A DNA stretch of 64,000 nucleotides, taken from positions 124,001-188,000 of the forward strand of contig BDGG01000001.1 in assembly GCA_001949185.1 (NCBI GenBank). Direction: 5' to 3'. The translations under genes were made by a program, and so were the position numbers. The notes under the pieces are model-generated. The model did no database searches. It saw only the letters and a program-made list of their open reading frames with translations, and was not told the DNA's origin. This DNA is from Ramazzottius varieornatus (lineage: Eukaryota > Animalia > Tardigrada). This document shows, piece after piece, positions 1 through 13,538 of this stretch (within the stretch, counting starts at the first letter, position 1; every line of letters starts with the position of its first letter).

Positions 1-2285
1 GTATATGCGGGGAATCACTGTTTTGGGGTGAACGCTTCGACGAAATGGATCTTCGATAGAAAAAACTAGTTACATGTTTCATGGCGGTCAAGACCATTGC
101 ATACAAAGTGCCGATGAATAAACATTCGCTCTTTCGGCAGTCAGAAGGTCAAACTATGGCTTCGGCTTTCGGGATCGAACTGATAATCGGGCTAGGGCGA
201 ATTTGATTACGGCCCGAATAGAGAATTTCAGAATGGAAATACTCGGTACGGATTTTTTTCAGTGCAGTCCAACCCGAAATGACGGCTCTGAACATAGAAA
301 TTTGAATTTCTGACTGCTGAAACTAACTAAAATTGTTAGGGGCCACCACTGGTGTCAAGTATCTTTCTGCACCCTAAGGGAATTTCCGAACGGGACGTCT
401 ACCTATGTCAAAAAATCAACCAGAAGCGCGAATCTGTCCCTGGACAAACCGCCTGGCTGGCGGTTGAACAGTTACAGATTTGTTCCTGGAAGCGATGGAA
501 GCAACAGCCGTAAACCTAATCCGCGCCTAAGCGAGCCGCTGAGCGCCGCACACCAGCGTGCGTTCGGCTAATCAGGCACGGTGGATCTTGTTAAGACGAG
601 CAAGATCCGCATAACGTGACTCCCATGAGAAGCAACTTCTGCAGCACCTTACTCCACGTAAGCTCTATTCCTTCCTACCCATGGATACCGTCATGTTCAA
701 CCTATTAAAAATCATGATAATGATGTTACAGAGCGGCTCCTTTTATTAGCAGCCGCACCGTTCGCGACATATCAAAAATCAGAGATATTCAAGCTCGATA
801 TTCTATTCGGCAACCCATATCCGCACGAATGATTGAGACCGGATAGCTTATCCTACAACGCTACAAAAAAATTCGTTTTACGTTGAAATATTGAGAAAAC
901 CACTTTTCAGAACAGCCCTATGCATATTTTCCTTCAGTAAAAGTATTTTATACTCGTAAGCGATGAGAAGTATATGTAACTGGCAATTTTCCATCTCCTG
1001 AAGCCAAGTTTCAACAGGGGTTAGAATTTTCTTTTCAGTTCCATCGTTCAAAGTGTTATGATAGTGCAGCAGTTATCAATCGTCGCGACAGCGCAACGAC
1101 ATCATCGGCATTGTATTTCGGTAGCTCAAACATCGCCCTTTCCCTTCGCAGAGGGGGCTGCTGAGAAACTACCTTCTCGTGGAAGCCATTTATTAAGATC
1201 CTGTTCGCCTTAATCGTACTGTATGAGTAACAGGATCTACCAGAGCGTTTGCTGCTACTCGTCTTCATCTGTCGCGCTCTATTTAGGGCAAGACTGACCC
1301 TCCATCACCCCTGCATTTTTCGACCAGAACCTTCAGAACTTTTGGACACTTATTCTACGCTCACTATCGTTGAAAATGCTGGTTTTGTGTCTCTTAGATA
1401 TTTAGCATTGTCAAAACTGCAGTATGTTTTCTCGTTCCGTCTGTACCGTTCCAGACGGAGTCTGTTGATCGAAATAACTCACTTCGCCGTAATCACGCCG
1501 ACGGACGCCGGCTGTCAGCAATACACTGTAACTCAGTTAGTAGCGAAAGACGCCGATCGGGAGACGCCAGTTGCGGTTTTATATCGAACGTTACTGCTAT
1601 ACGTAGTATTATCTGGCTTTACGGACAGATACAGAGAAAGAGATCTCTCGGAGCACGGGAAGCAAACAGTAGCGCACTAGCGCCCCCAAATGACGAGTGT
1701 CATCACGCCTTGCTGACCACGGCAGGCGCAATCAATGACACCAGTTCATCCCCGGAACGCATACAGCGTTACCGCGCGTATACACCCACCTATTACGGGT
1801 CCCATCGACCAAGGTCCATTCTAATATCAACATGCATATTTCACCGAATTAGTCTTGACAGATATCGAGCCCCGGATGTAGCGCAGAGCTCACAGCACCC
1901 ATGTCGGCACTGTGAAATTCGAGACTGGCAGATACAGCCGTTGGGAACAATTCTTTACCGCGTATTCCCGGACAATCACACTTCAGCTTGCACCTGCCCG
2001 CGAAAAGGTCAGTTCGGGCGCGCTTCATACGCAGGGAAAAATAGCTTATTTGATAGTTTATTCGCGCATGTTCCCGTTTTGGAGGTACCTTGATGCTCTG
2101 AACGTTGCAGCGCACTAAAGCAATCCAGTCTGCGGTCGACAGTCCCCTGGTCGTTAGGTTGTTTGGTCGGTATCCGGGCTTATGGTCAATGCTTTTACAC
2201 GCCTACTTCGGAGCTACGCATTCGCGGGCAACCGTCAAACAGTCGATCCGGGATATTTTATCAGGTAAGAAGAATTTTGATATGC

Positions 2286-3643
2286 TCAGGCAAACACACG
2301 AGCTAGGAAGAACAGTACGAGGGAAAGCATGGGCTGCGAAACTAACACAGAGGACAGTACCTTGTCCTTGGCCTGGGTTGCCGTCTGGAGTGCTGTGTGG
2401 TACCAAGTCCTGCGCGTTGCAAAATTCCGTTTCACACGCGCAAATTTCAAACGATTCCAAGGTCCGTAATTCCCATTCGTAGCCCTTATCGTTAACTCGG
2501 TTTTTGTAGATAGCGTCCAGATATCCGTATCTCCTAAACGCCGGAGCCCGTTCGAAGTTAGAAAGGTCGGTAGCTAACTGGCATCTCCCTGCCTCCACGG
2601 TGAGGTCAGTTTCATGAAACAAGGTATCCAGCATCCATCGATCTGCGCAATATTTTTTCTGCACCTCTGTAAACAACAAGAGCCATGTGGGCATTCGGTG
2701 CACAGTTACAACTTGGACTAGGACCAATTCATTAATTATGCTGGCTTGGTTCACCAACATTAAGTGACTCCCCACTCGACCCTCCCGCTCAAGAACTCGT
2801 TCTTGTTCCGACGCTATGGTTTTTGTCGCACTCGGTGTGAAATTCGGGCACTTACAAATACTCGGTGGATAATGCTATTCTGTCCTGTAGGTGCATAGTT
2901 TTAACTTTACAAGCTGGTCGCTCGCCTTCGGCTCGGTCGCAGCTTGCTGTGAGTGGGTACCGTGGGTCCGGAATTTTGTTTTGAAAAAAAATTGGTTGGT
3001 TGTTTAGCTGGAAAGAAGGGATCGGTAAGTTCTGCAGGTCAAATAAGACGACAACTAACTGGTTTTGAAAATCACGGTTTATAAAAGCATTTGCTGAAAC
3101 CTTTGAGAAGTTGCAAAGCTCGTGGTAGTTTGGGATGAACGATAGAATAAATCCTATGCTGGCCATGATATTGATAGTTTGTCGGACAGTAACTAGCCCT
3201 CCAAATCCAAGTTAAAAAAGAGACGGCGCAAATGGAATTCTGATTGTCTGATTGTCTGATTGTTCGGAGTGATCATCCTGCGCTAGTCGACCATCGGCTA
3301 CGCTTCCCAATACGTTTTGTAAGCCACAATCTTACTCGAGGCAAATACGAGAACTTTATAATCGGGGGAGAGTTTCCTTCGGTATTAACGAACAAAGCCC
3401 TCCTTCGTTTCGTGAATCACAAAGCGAATTATTGATTGTAAATTTTTTAACATTTCTAAATGCAATTGCTTATGTTGCTGTTTACTGTTGTTTGTTCGAA
3501 TCATCTGCGCAAGACGTAAGGTGTCTAATCCACGATACGGTAGAAAAAAGGTCGTGTTATGGAAAATTGCTAATGCGCATGATAAAAAACCAGTTACATG
3601 GAAAGTATGGGTTCTACAGGTTGACACTCATAGCACGACCGTA
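2286..3643 (-). pseudogene. Ly6/three-finger-like GPI-anchored protein, decayed copy A
   Basis: Phase-1 acceptor at 3643 followed by xRSCYEC (Ly6 N-terminal CYxC). Last exon (acceptor ~2666) carries FEICACETEFCN (CxCxxxxCN). Hydrophobic tail SQPMLSLVLFFLARVFA* is reachable only across a frameshift at ~2352. In-frame stops in middle exons. Joining these exons into one gene is inference. Confidence 0.55.
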
Positions 3644-5499
3644 CTGTTTGTGCATACATTGCCTCATCTTTATTCGCATTCTAAATTAGCACTAGGGTGA
3701 CTGGGCAAAGCTCCTCAGTAAGGCGCGGCCAAAATGACGACATATGGTGCGCGCATCCAGAAGAAAGACTAGCCACCCAAACAGACTCTCGTGTTGCCCG
3801 CTCCATACTACGCAATTTGGCCACGCCGTACTGAAAAGCTTTGCCCAGTGCTCAAATTTGGCGTTCGTCTACCGGGCTATGAATTTCTTGTTTGCTCGTA
3901 GCTCGGATTTCCTCCACAGTGAGATTAATGACCAAGGACGAAAACCCAGCACGGTTAAAAAATATTTCACGATGGCGGGTGATTTTGCTGATTTTCTGGG
4001 TTTTGTCTTCTTAATGTAGACACATGCACGGTATTCCACCAGAAAAAAATGGAGCTGTGACGACAGCTTCCTCTTTCGAACCTATGTCCGATAACTCCGA
4101 TTTGGTTATCATCGGCGCTCGGGAAAATACAAAATGCCCAGGGCTGTTTTATCACTCTACTCCCAACGGCCTACCAATTTTCGAAAGTTCGGAATTCTGA
4201 AAATTGCTTTTTGTGGCGGCCACCTCCTTCCAGACGGCCTTGGTCGATCCAAATCCTGTACTTTCAAAGCGAACGGTGGTATTTTGCGAACACGAAAAGC
4301 TGCGTGCTGTGAGTGTTGAACAACACGAGTTCGTAAGAGTCAGTGGATCGAAGGCCGCTACTGTATTCTCTCCATAAGTTCGGTGCAGTCGCACGGCAGA
4401 CTCATAAATCAGGCCCCAGTTGATTATGGTTCACACGTCCCGGGGATTATTCATGGGCCAAATACTACTACAAAAGTACCAGTTTCAAGCCCAGATAAAG
4501 TTAACACGTACAGCAAATTTGCGGAAAACCTAAGTTTCAGAAGTGGTGTCGCATCGATCACGTTGCGTAAATTTATCGAATAACGATTAAAGTCCGCAAC
4601 CGCCAAACGTAGATCTCTGAACCGCTAACGACAAACGTAACATCTGTTCGACCAGACCCTTTGGTCGCGGCTGTCCGCGTTGTGAGATTTCAGCTTATGA
4701 GCTCGGGCCTGATGCACATGTTTGCCAGTTCTGGATGACTTGGTTGAAGGTCCGCCGGAGGAGTTAGTCAGTACCATGCGGTGAACCTTTCCGAACTGAA
4801 AACCTATTCACCTTCGACCAGTGAGCTAGCCCTGTATCCCAGCTTCCATGATGGCCTTCTGAGAGACTGCTTCTAAAATCTGGTCAATACACAACCTCGG
4901 AAAGGTCATGTCCACAAAATATCCTTCGATCCCAGGCAACTAGTATATTTAAACAGCTCTCGTATGCCAGAAAATGGATTAGAAAAAATCAGACAAGAAT
5001 CATATCGAATTTCAAGGCGATAAAAACTACTTTAGGTACCCACAAATCATTCTCCGAAGTTGTGTGCAAAATTTTGGGCGATTTGGATCACTAGTTCTCG
5101 CTTGAAAAATGGACAAAAAAACAAGTATCTAGTCGTAGTAATAAATTAGATCGGCTGACTAACCAAATATGCAACCACAAATCAGACTCGGTCTGCGTGT
5201 GATCTCGCGTTCAGCGGAAGATAAGAAAGCCCGGTTCCAAGTTGGGTGGTCCGCAGGTTCGGTGCAGCGAATCAGGCCGTACGGCGTAGTTAAAACGCGA
5301 GGACGTTTGCATTACCCCCTCTTGGCCGTACGCCACAAGCACTTCGACAGGACCTTCACATTTACTGAAATCTTTCGTCTGAAGGAACAAACTCCTCTTC
5401 AGAAAACTGTTATTTTGCTATTTTCAAATCATCAGACGGTGGTATGAATTTTTATCAACAAATCAATCCATCACAGGGCGATAGACTCGTTTACTGTAC

Positions 5500-6358
5500 C
5501 AGTGTTGTATTCATTTACACTCCAGAGTAAAATCAATTTACTCTTTCGTTCAATTACCGTTTTACTCCCGAGAGTCAAACTAAGGGTAAAACTGTAACTG
5601 TCAGAAGTCAAATAGTAAAGCTGGGAGTGAAACTAAAATGCTTTAGAGTAAACACCAAAATGCCGAGAAAGTCAAAAGCCAAAGACTAAACTGGGTGGCT
5701 GAAAAGTGGCTGAAAAACTGGAGATCATTTATCGAAAATCACAGGGGTGTTAAAGGCTAGTCTTGGTGTCAGCTGGAGACGCGCACCATCAAGCACTTCC
5801 GGTGCATATTGTCTGTGGGCTATTAGTAATCGATTAGTTGATTAAATTTGGCTGCGCACAGCGTTCTTTGACCAGTGCGCGTGCCGATTCGTGCGCCACA
5901 TAGATTTTCAACACTTTCAGCTACCTCCTCGTAACTTTTTGACCTGTGGTCAGACTCCAATTTTGAGTTCAGATTCGTGTTCCTCAAGGTCTGTTTGACA
6001 TAGATGCATGGATGAACTAGAGTTAAGTCATGAAAGTAAGCTACCGTTCTGAAAAACATAGGGTTTTGTGAATACTGAAACGCTGGTGCTTCAAATTGAA
6101 ATTTTAAGGACTACAATTCATATTCAAAAGACTGAAATGTTTCTGGAAACAAGTCAATCTAGAGTGTTTGGGACTGAAGCTAAACCTCGGGACTGGAATT
6201 AAAATTTGCAAGACTCAAATGATTTCGAATAGTAAAACTAAGTTGGTCGGGAGTAAAACTAAATTGTGAGAACTGAAACTGTGAACCGTGGGAGTGGAAG
6301 ATTTTACTCTGGAGTAAAACTGTCACTAAATCTGGGAGTAAAACTAGATACAACACGG
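5500..6358. mobile_element. hAT-like non-autonomous element (MITE)
   Basis: TIR CAGTGTTGTAT (5500) / ATACAACACGG (6358). Inverted subterminal block CTCCAGAGTAAAATC / GATTTTACTCTGGAG. Many GGAGTAAAACT-like subterminal repeats. 8-bp flanks tactgtac / gcatgtac resemble a decayed TSD. Confidence 0.65.
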
Positions 6359-6679
6359 GCATGTACGTTGACAGTACCCTGACAGTATGGAGTCCGACTC
6401 CTTATCCAATGTCCAGCAAGTAATGCTCCAGTACCCTGCAAGTAGTGAAAACCCGAATGGCGGCCAAATGGCCACCTAGTGGTAGCCTTTTGGTGTTCTT
6501 TCGTCAAGAGCACACCAATTTGAACAGGGAAGAGGGAGAGATTAACGTTATAGTTTCTAATCCAGTAAAGACAGGTATTACTGTGCTCCCCGGGCGTATC
6601 GAGCCATAAAACCCTCCAGATGGGCCGTGTCGCATTCGAACCATTAGATCCGAAGTTGCCTCGGTTTGATCTACCTAGC

Positions 6680-6880
6680 GATGATAAAGCTAAAAATTAG
6701 CCTAGCACTTCAGCCAAAGCTAAAACATGCTAAAAACCTAATTGTCCAGAAGATCATTCAATCCACCGTAAACATCAGTAATCAGGTCAAAAAGCTGTTT
6801 AGCTAGCTAGCTAAATATTCTTAGCCCGGGCTAAAGGGTTAAATTATCTAAGCTAATTCATAGTTTGACCATCTCTAGGT
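6680..6880. mobile_element. Possible hAT-MITE right end with GCTAAA-type subterminal repeats
   Basis: Clustered GCTAAA/TTAGC motifs ending in TTTGACCATCTCTA (hAT-like terminus). No matching left end found. Confidence 0.3.
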
Positions 6881-8461
6881 ATACCGAAGTCTAAAGATGT
6901 ACACGACCACTGTCCAACAGTAGGCCCTTATTCACTGGATTAACGAGAAGGCCAAAGATTTCCCCTTCTCATTCAGTCTCTTTTAATTCTGCGCCTTCTG
7001 ATCTCATGGCCAGCTCGAGAACAGAATCGGCCATTCCGTTCAGGCTTTCCCTGGCAGCTCTCACGTGACGGGAAAAGGATCCTAACCCGGGCGTCACTGC
7101 TAGCCAATTGATTGGTTGTGATACTGACTCGAAGGTGTCGTGTTCGAAAAGGAACACCTGTCTTCTACATGACGCTTGTCGCGACCGACTGTCTCATTGA
7201 TTTGTTGAGCCCGAACGATGCTTTTTCGACATCAGATCTGGCTGATAGACTTCAGTACGAAAACCGCGATGACGGTGGGAATTCATGAACGAGTGGCCGG
7301 AACTTACCCGTGAGCAACGGGTAACGCGCCTGTGGCAACAGCTCGACGACTGCAAGGCTGATTCTGTTCCTCCAGATGCGATGTTTCACACAAACCACCA
7401 CACACTTATCGGTACAGAGATAAAGTATCAGCGCACAAACATCCAGAAAATGAGCAGAAGAACAGCCCCCACCTCGGTAGCGCAGGCCTGCCGCGGCGCA
7501 GTAGCGGATGTGGCAAAACTTGGTATCCGTATGTGGTGCCCGTCATGTGGCTACAGGCTCGTATTTGGTCTGATTAATTCAACCGGTCCTGGTTTCACCC
7601 AAGTAACAACGCCTCATTTGCTCGCCGTAGATGTGTTTCCAGCTGTTCTAAAGCTTACAGGGACCATCCCTTTACACTGTCTACATTTTAAAATTCTTCA
7701 GCCCGTTTTGCGGACGTGATTACTGACCCAAAGTGCCAGACTGGATGCATGTGGCTGAATATCCACTGTTGAAATCTCAAGGCGATCGAATGGTCATTTC
7801 AAATGTTAAGTCGATTCCACCCTTTTCCTCCTACACAGCAACCTGCTAGCGAGCCGAAGACGAGCGCATAGCTTGTATGAGCCTAACTGTAACTTGAAAC
7901 CGACGTATTCCGTACACGCAGGACGAGACGTTATGGCACAGTAAAATCTATGGGACCAGGCCTCTTTGCTACGGTGGTACGGGAGCACGCACGTACGCGA
8001 CCGATTCATAGTAATAAATTTTTCGACACTTTTCCACGGTCGAATTTCCTTTCTCCGTCCTTTCCGTCTGTGCCATATCTGTGCCACTGTACGATACTTT
8101 TTCTTCTCGCGTGTACGCATTTTCGCGCACGCATATTCCGCTATACGAACTTGCCAGAGTTAGGGAATTCTCGACAAAATGGGAAATAAAAAAGAGTGCA
8201 AACTGAAACTGTGGTAATGCATGTTAGGGGTTGGGGAAACGTTGCGAGAATTCTGGACGAAGTAGTCTTGACACGAACGGCACCCCATACTAGGTATCAG
8301 TAGACAGTGTGCTGTAATAATAATTTTGCCAGTGCCATCTGAGATTTGCCAGTGCCATCTGAGTTTGTATTCAACACTGGAAACATCACGGTGGTTGTAC
8401 GACCTCGGATCAAACCCCAGTGTCACAGGTCTTTCTCGACGACAGCGCTAATACCGTTCAG

Positions 8462-8993
8462 TACTGCCAGTATGAGCAACAGGGTGTTAATTGACCCAGC
8501 GACACAGATTTCCTGCCTTAGCTGAATGGACAGTGGGCCGCTCTATCGCGAACGATACGAGTTGAACAAAACGATATCACTTGCTCAAAAAATTATTCGC
8601 CACCTCCCTATTCTGCTGAAATCTTAGTAACTTCCCAACAAAAAGTTCGATTCTCTTCCTTCAGAAAGGCGACACCTTGCGTTTTGCACAGATAGTTTGA
8701 ACAAACGACAGTCTGGCCAAAACGATTGCATTTAGAAATGTTTGAAGATTCAACATTAGTAATTCGCTTCGCGATTCACGAAACGAAGGGGGGCTTCGTT
8801 CATGAATCACGAAGAAAATCACCCGTCGATTAGAAACTTGCCCGAGTTGTCTTCAGTAATACTCTGGCTGGCAGAAAGCATTGAAGAGCGTAATCTGTGT
8901 CCGGGCAATGCGGGGCTACCACTCCGGTCAATTAGGCAATCAAAATGCTTCTTGGCCAGCCCTTCTTTAACTTGGTGGGCAGATTACTACTGA
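8462..8993 (+). pseudogene. Ly6-like family decayed copy B (5' exons only, cut off at the Harbinger element)
   Basis: Clear DNA homology to the reverse complement of 3190-3530 (e.g. attgcatttagaaatgtt...attcgcttcgcgattcacgaaacgaagg; gacaccttgcgttttgcacagat). Shared peptides VIRFAIHET / IIRFVIHET and LTWWADYY. In-frame stops. Confidence 0.5.
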
Positions 8994-9095
8994 GCAAACT
9001 GCACTGTATCTATGCCATTGAGATTTCTCTGAATCATTATAACTTTTCTTCGTTCTTAAACCTGGTATCGCGTGCTGGTTTCCCTTAGATCGAAG

Positions 9096-9860
9096 ATGGC
9101 GACGGAAGTGAAGAAGAAACGGTTAAGACCGCCAAAGAGACTTGCTGCCGAGGAAGAGGCCGAGAAGTCAGAGAAAGAAGCCGCAGCAAAGACAGCAGTC
9201 GACCGTCAGCTGCAAATGGACTTGGAGCTATTGCGCTTGACCAACAAGGAGAATCCTTTCCATTATACCGTGAACAAGCGGGAGGACAGTTGGAGTTTGA
9301 TTGCGGTGGACGTGACAACCCTGTTCGAAGGGGAGATCTTTGACGATCGCCGTTGCAGGGAAAGTCAGAATTCTGATGAAGGCACGCCGGGTCGAGGCTG
9401 ACAAGAAGGTTACTGGAGCTGGCTCGTTGAACCTAACCGAAGCTGATACCGTTATTCTGTTATAGATGTTCGGACACATGTTATTCTGTTAAAGATGTAG
9501 AAACGGTCAGTGCAAACGAATCCCGTTCGCCAGTCCCAAAGAAGTCTAGCCCTAAGAAGCCAGCAGCACCATTCAGAAAACGTAAAGCAGAACCAGTCGA
9601 TGAATATCTGGAAGGTAAGAAGATACAGCAGCTTAAGGAGCTAGATATGAAGATAGAGATGCATCGAGAAACTATGCTCGATAATGCCGCGGAACGAAGC
9701 ATCCGACGAGAGTTCCTTGAATTCGATCGGGAAAAACTGCGAATGGAGGACGCGGACAAGGCTCGACGGTTCGAACTAGAGAAGGAAGGGAGAGAAGCGA
9801 TTCCAGCTGGAAAAAGAAGAGCGGGATAGACAGTTTGATTTCATGCGCGATGTAATGTTG
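9096..9860 (+). pseudogene. Harbinger/PIF Myb/SANT-like DNA-binding protein, disrupted
   Basis: DLELLR-x4-NPF...W-x2-IA...RRCRE[frameshift ~9362]KVRILMK, then a charged coiled-coil tail. Convergent with a DDE_Tnp_4 transposase, the standard Harbinger layout. Confidence 0.75.
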
Positions 9861-9904
9861 AGCAAGAAGTGATCTCATGCCTCTTTTACAGCCTTACCTT
9901 GTTT

Positions 9905-10673
9905 CTAGTTATCGATGTGATCTTCGGGATAGTTCTCCAAGTGCTCCGTGAGTGTCGGCGGTACTACCGCAAAGTAGTTGGGTGTTTGCGAACCATTCAG
10001 GCAAGTGTGACAGTTCGTCAGTAAAGCGGCTACTCGAAAGTACATTCCGAGAGGCTGGAGACCCAGCTTTAAGTCTTCCGGATAGTTATCGTAGGCAAAC
10101 AGGTTTCCGATCTTCCCAAAACCCCATTCAACGGAAATCCGAAGCGTCTTCATTGCCGCATTGCAAGCAGTTTCCAACGGAGAAGCATTGTACCTTACAG
10201 GACCGACTGCTTGGGGTGTGGACTTGTAGGCCTGGTCGCCGTACAGGTAGTATCCGGTTTCCGGAGTGGGTGTCCAAGTTCTGATCTCTTTCATCATATT
10301 AAGAATTTTACTTTTGTAGAGTAGTTTGGCGTCATGGAAGCTTCCTGGTTCAGGACCGCACATGATGCCGCAAGGTGCCATCACTCCGGTATACTTCAAA
10401 TCATGTTCTTTCTTATGCCCGATGTAGCAAATTCTCTGCGTCGCATAGTCCAGAGGCCTGTAAGTCGGGTAAAAGATCTTAGATCTCAAGTTGATGGCTG
10501 GAAAAGCGGAAGTCTTCCAGGCAGTCTTGGCGAGACAGCTTGTAGAGGTCGAAATCTCCCGGTCGCATCTTGGCTTGGTTTGTCAAACGTCCCAGAATAA
10601 CCAGCTCTTCCTCGTCGATGTCCCCTTCCTCACACATGATCACAAGTAACTTCTTATCCATATCGACAAACAC
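9905..10673 (-). pseudogene. Harbinger/PIF (DDE_Tnp_4, HARBI1-like) transposase with internal deletion
   Basis: N-terminal DCLEDFRFS; YIGHKKEH; GPEPGSFHD; LYGDQAY; RISVEWGFG. The HTH region and first catalytic D (G-x-IDGT) are absent, with a frame break at ~10480. Confidence 0.9.
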
Positions 10674-13366
10674 AAAGCAAGTTCTAGAATACGAAACGAG
10701 CTACAGAAACAGAATAACGGCATGAGTTTCTTTGATGTGTGCTGAATCTTAAATTCTTATATTAACTTTACAGCTCGTTTGTCGGTCATTTGGCCGCGCA
10801 TTCCGCAACCTGTGAAAGGCGAAGGTATTTTTGAACTAGGATTTTCAAAATCCTTAGTGAGCGTTTGTTAAGTTCTTCTGCGCAATACGCAAGGTGTCTA
10901 ATGACTAGATCCTTGGTCTCCAGAGCGACGTCATACCTGCTAGCAGCAATCAACAAATCAACTCCGCAAAACATGTCGAAAATAGGCTGAAACTGGCTTT
11001 TTTGTGATCCGATTACGGCTTCCACGAACGGCAGGTAGATGCTCATCGTTACGGAATGATAGGTAGCGTTTTCTCGCCTTTACCACGTGATATAAACAAA
11101 ACGTTTACAGCGTTTTCGATAGCCAATTTATTTCCTTTGGAAAAATTAAGTGAGCGTTGTACCCGGAACATGTGTCCGATCCGGCAGAATCGGCTCGAAA
11201 ATCAGGGAGGTGGAAGCCTTGAGACCTTCTGCCGAGCTTTCCTGAGCTCTTTTTCGAATTTTGTGATGCATGTTTCTGGGATTGATCCACTCTATCTACA
11301 CAAAAAGTTTGGAGTCGGTCGGACTGCCAGTTCAACTCAGTGTCGGGGTACTCCAGTTTCACTTTAGCTTGTACTTCACGGTAAAATAATTGTTTGACAA
11401 CCGACTATCCAGGGGCTTCAGCGGAGTAAAGATATGAACTGTAGGGTCCTTGTCATTCTTTCTAATATTAGCTTCTCTGAGAATATCGTGGCTGGAGATT
11501 TCCAGGCAGCACGCTGCGCGTGTACCTTTGCCACTCATGCCCAGAGTGCAGAATCGGGCGAAGAATGGCAGCTTCACCATGTTTGATATTTAGCGCTCAC
11601 GTTCGACTGACTGACAGCTGATCGTTGATTAGCCAGTCTGCCGCGTTCTCACTACCCGGGACTGTTTCACGCGTACGACTGTGTGGTGGATCGTACATAC
11701 CGAAGATCAGCGATCCTATCAGTTGATCTTCCCCTGCACACTGGCGTCTGTGATGATTTGAATACGTTACGGCACATAGATCATGTTGGCGTGCATGCTT
11801 ACAGCATTGATCCTCAAGCCCGTGACGTCAAAAAGCACGAAGTACGGCTACAAAGTAATCCAATCAGCATGTATTTCGGATCCAAACAACCTCTTACTGC
11901 AGTACACGCACCTTGCCTAACTATTGGTATGGACAAACCACTTGGCAGCCGGCTTAATGTAATAGGGAGGTTGATACTTTCCTGGTTTATTTTACTGTTT
12001 TCAATCAGCACAGTAATCAGACTCCGCCCACCAGCTACACTAAACAATGCAGAGGTTGCGACCCGTTATGCCAGGCTCGGATTAGCGTAGTGCAACGTAC
12101 GTACAACGGCAGTCGTGAACCAGCAGTTGAAGAGGCAGTTAAAGCTCTGAACACAAAGCTCAGTTAAAGTCAGAGTATGTGAAGTCGAACTACTAAAAGG
12201 CTGCGGAAGCAAAGCGCTTTTGTCTTTCGAATTCTGCTTGCGAATCGTGTCCAAAGCTGCTAGCCACGTTTACTTCAACGCGACGTCAAATTCAGAGCTG
12301 GTTTTCTGGTCAGCTATGGTTCTGTGTTTCATGCACGAGTTGTCTACTATGGCTGGGTCGATGAAACGATCGTGAAAACAAGCAAAAGGAAATTTTCCAG
12401 TGAGACTGGGACTGTGAGGTAGAAATTCGAAACTTGCCAGTTGGAAAAAGTCAAAAGGTGCCGTAAAGTAGACGACAGGTAAAGTTTACGGATTCAAGTA
12501 GCATCATGGATGCTACATAGTAGTCAATACCCACGGTGCAACATGACTAGGCCACTAACCACTTTTTACTAAACAGGGTTTAGTGGGCTGTACGTGCTAA
12601 GCACCGATCAGGAATTTGCATAGCATAGTGGGTTCAATGCGTTCAGGTCCGCCTCCATCGCCTGATCTGATTGGCTGACCACTGTGCTAATCCGACTTAC
12701 TACACCAAACAAGGCGAGTATCAACCTCTGGAATATTCGTTACCGCTTCCGGCCGGCTTCCAACTGTTTCGTCCACGTTAACAATTAGGTCAGGCGCGTA
12801 TACCTATCTTTGAAACTCGAGCGACGTCTCCTAAGCTCTCAAGCTTACATTAGCTACATCGAACGTCAACGATGGAGCTTAAGGAAAGCAGAGATGACAA
12901 AAAATTGGCGGAGACTTGTTCCCAGCCTGTACTGAAGTCCCGTTTAAGCTGTTTCACCAACCATAATACCCAGGACTCTCCAAACGGTGAGCTTCCTGCA
13001 GACCACTTCTGCCCATGTTTGGCTTTGAATGTCGAAACAGGTCAAGCGGCTATCAAATGGCCGTCCCACAAAGTTGAAATTACCTCTTGAGCGTCCGGCA
13101 CCGTTAAGATCAGCCCATAAGATCTTTGATCCTCGTGATGGCGGCATCCGTGGAAACCAGTATCTGCAGCCCTACTCTTGTTCCCTCTTTTATGCAGGGC
13201 TGACCTCCTCGAGAAGCCAGATACCGAAGCACGAAAGGCCTTGACAGCTGACGGACAGACTCTCATTCCTCGGGCAAAATCCTTCGTTTTGATTTATCCA
13301 GAAAAACGCACGAACACGAAATACCAGCGATTTCATAAACTTGCACAAGTGATCTTTCACGAAAAT

Positions 13367-13538
13367 AGCCTGGCCCAGCTACGCCGCCCAGGTTTTTTCG
13401 ACGTCACCATAAGTTCGTTCAGATCGATTAACCTATCGTAATGGTATACCGACGCGCTCAATCAAAACTGGAAATAAAGTGAATTTTTTATTAGAGTGAC
13501 GTCGAAAAAACCTGGGCGCGACCTAGCTCGGCCAGGCT
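13367..13538. mobile_element. Palindromic MITE-like element
   Basis: ~41-bp inverted arms AGCCTGGCCCAGCTACGCCGCCCAGGTTTTTTCGACGTCAC / GTGACGTCGAAAAAACCTGGGCGCGACCTAGCTCGGCCAGGCT. Confidence 0.65.

Larger units (their letters stand above)
9060..11690. mobile_element. Defective Harbinger transposon (boundaries approximate)
   Basis: Myb ORF plus transposase. The segment 11605-11685 resembles 28540-28615, which ends in a GGCCCT-type inverted terminus. Left TIR not found. Confidence 0.55.

Noticed and set aside
4645-5152. Possible Helitron/Helentron-type non-autonomous element (CGACCA...TGGTCG hairpin, GTGTGCAAAATTT core, AATAAATTAGAT end)
   Set aside because: Single copy in the window and no unambiguous CTRR terminus; too weak to annotate.
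6930-7719. Coding-like fragments including the 144-aa ORF at 7285
   Set aside because: May be a decayed transposase, but no catalytic motif could be recognised with confidence.
8326-8365. Short tandem duplications (20 bp here; 16 bp at ~48594-48626)
   Set aside because: Ordinary slippage products with no further structure.
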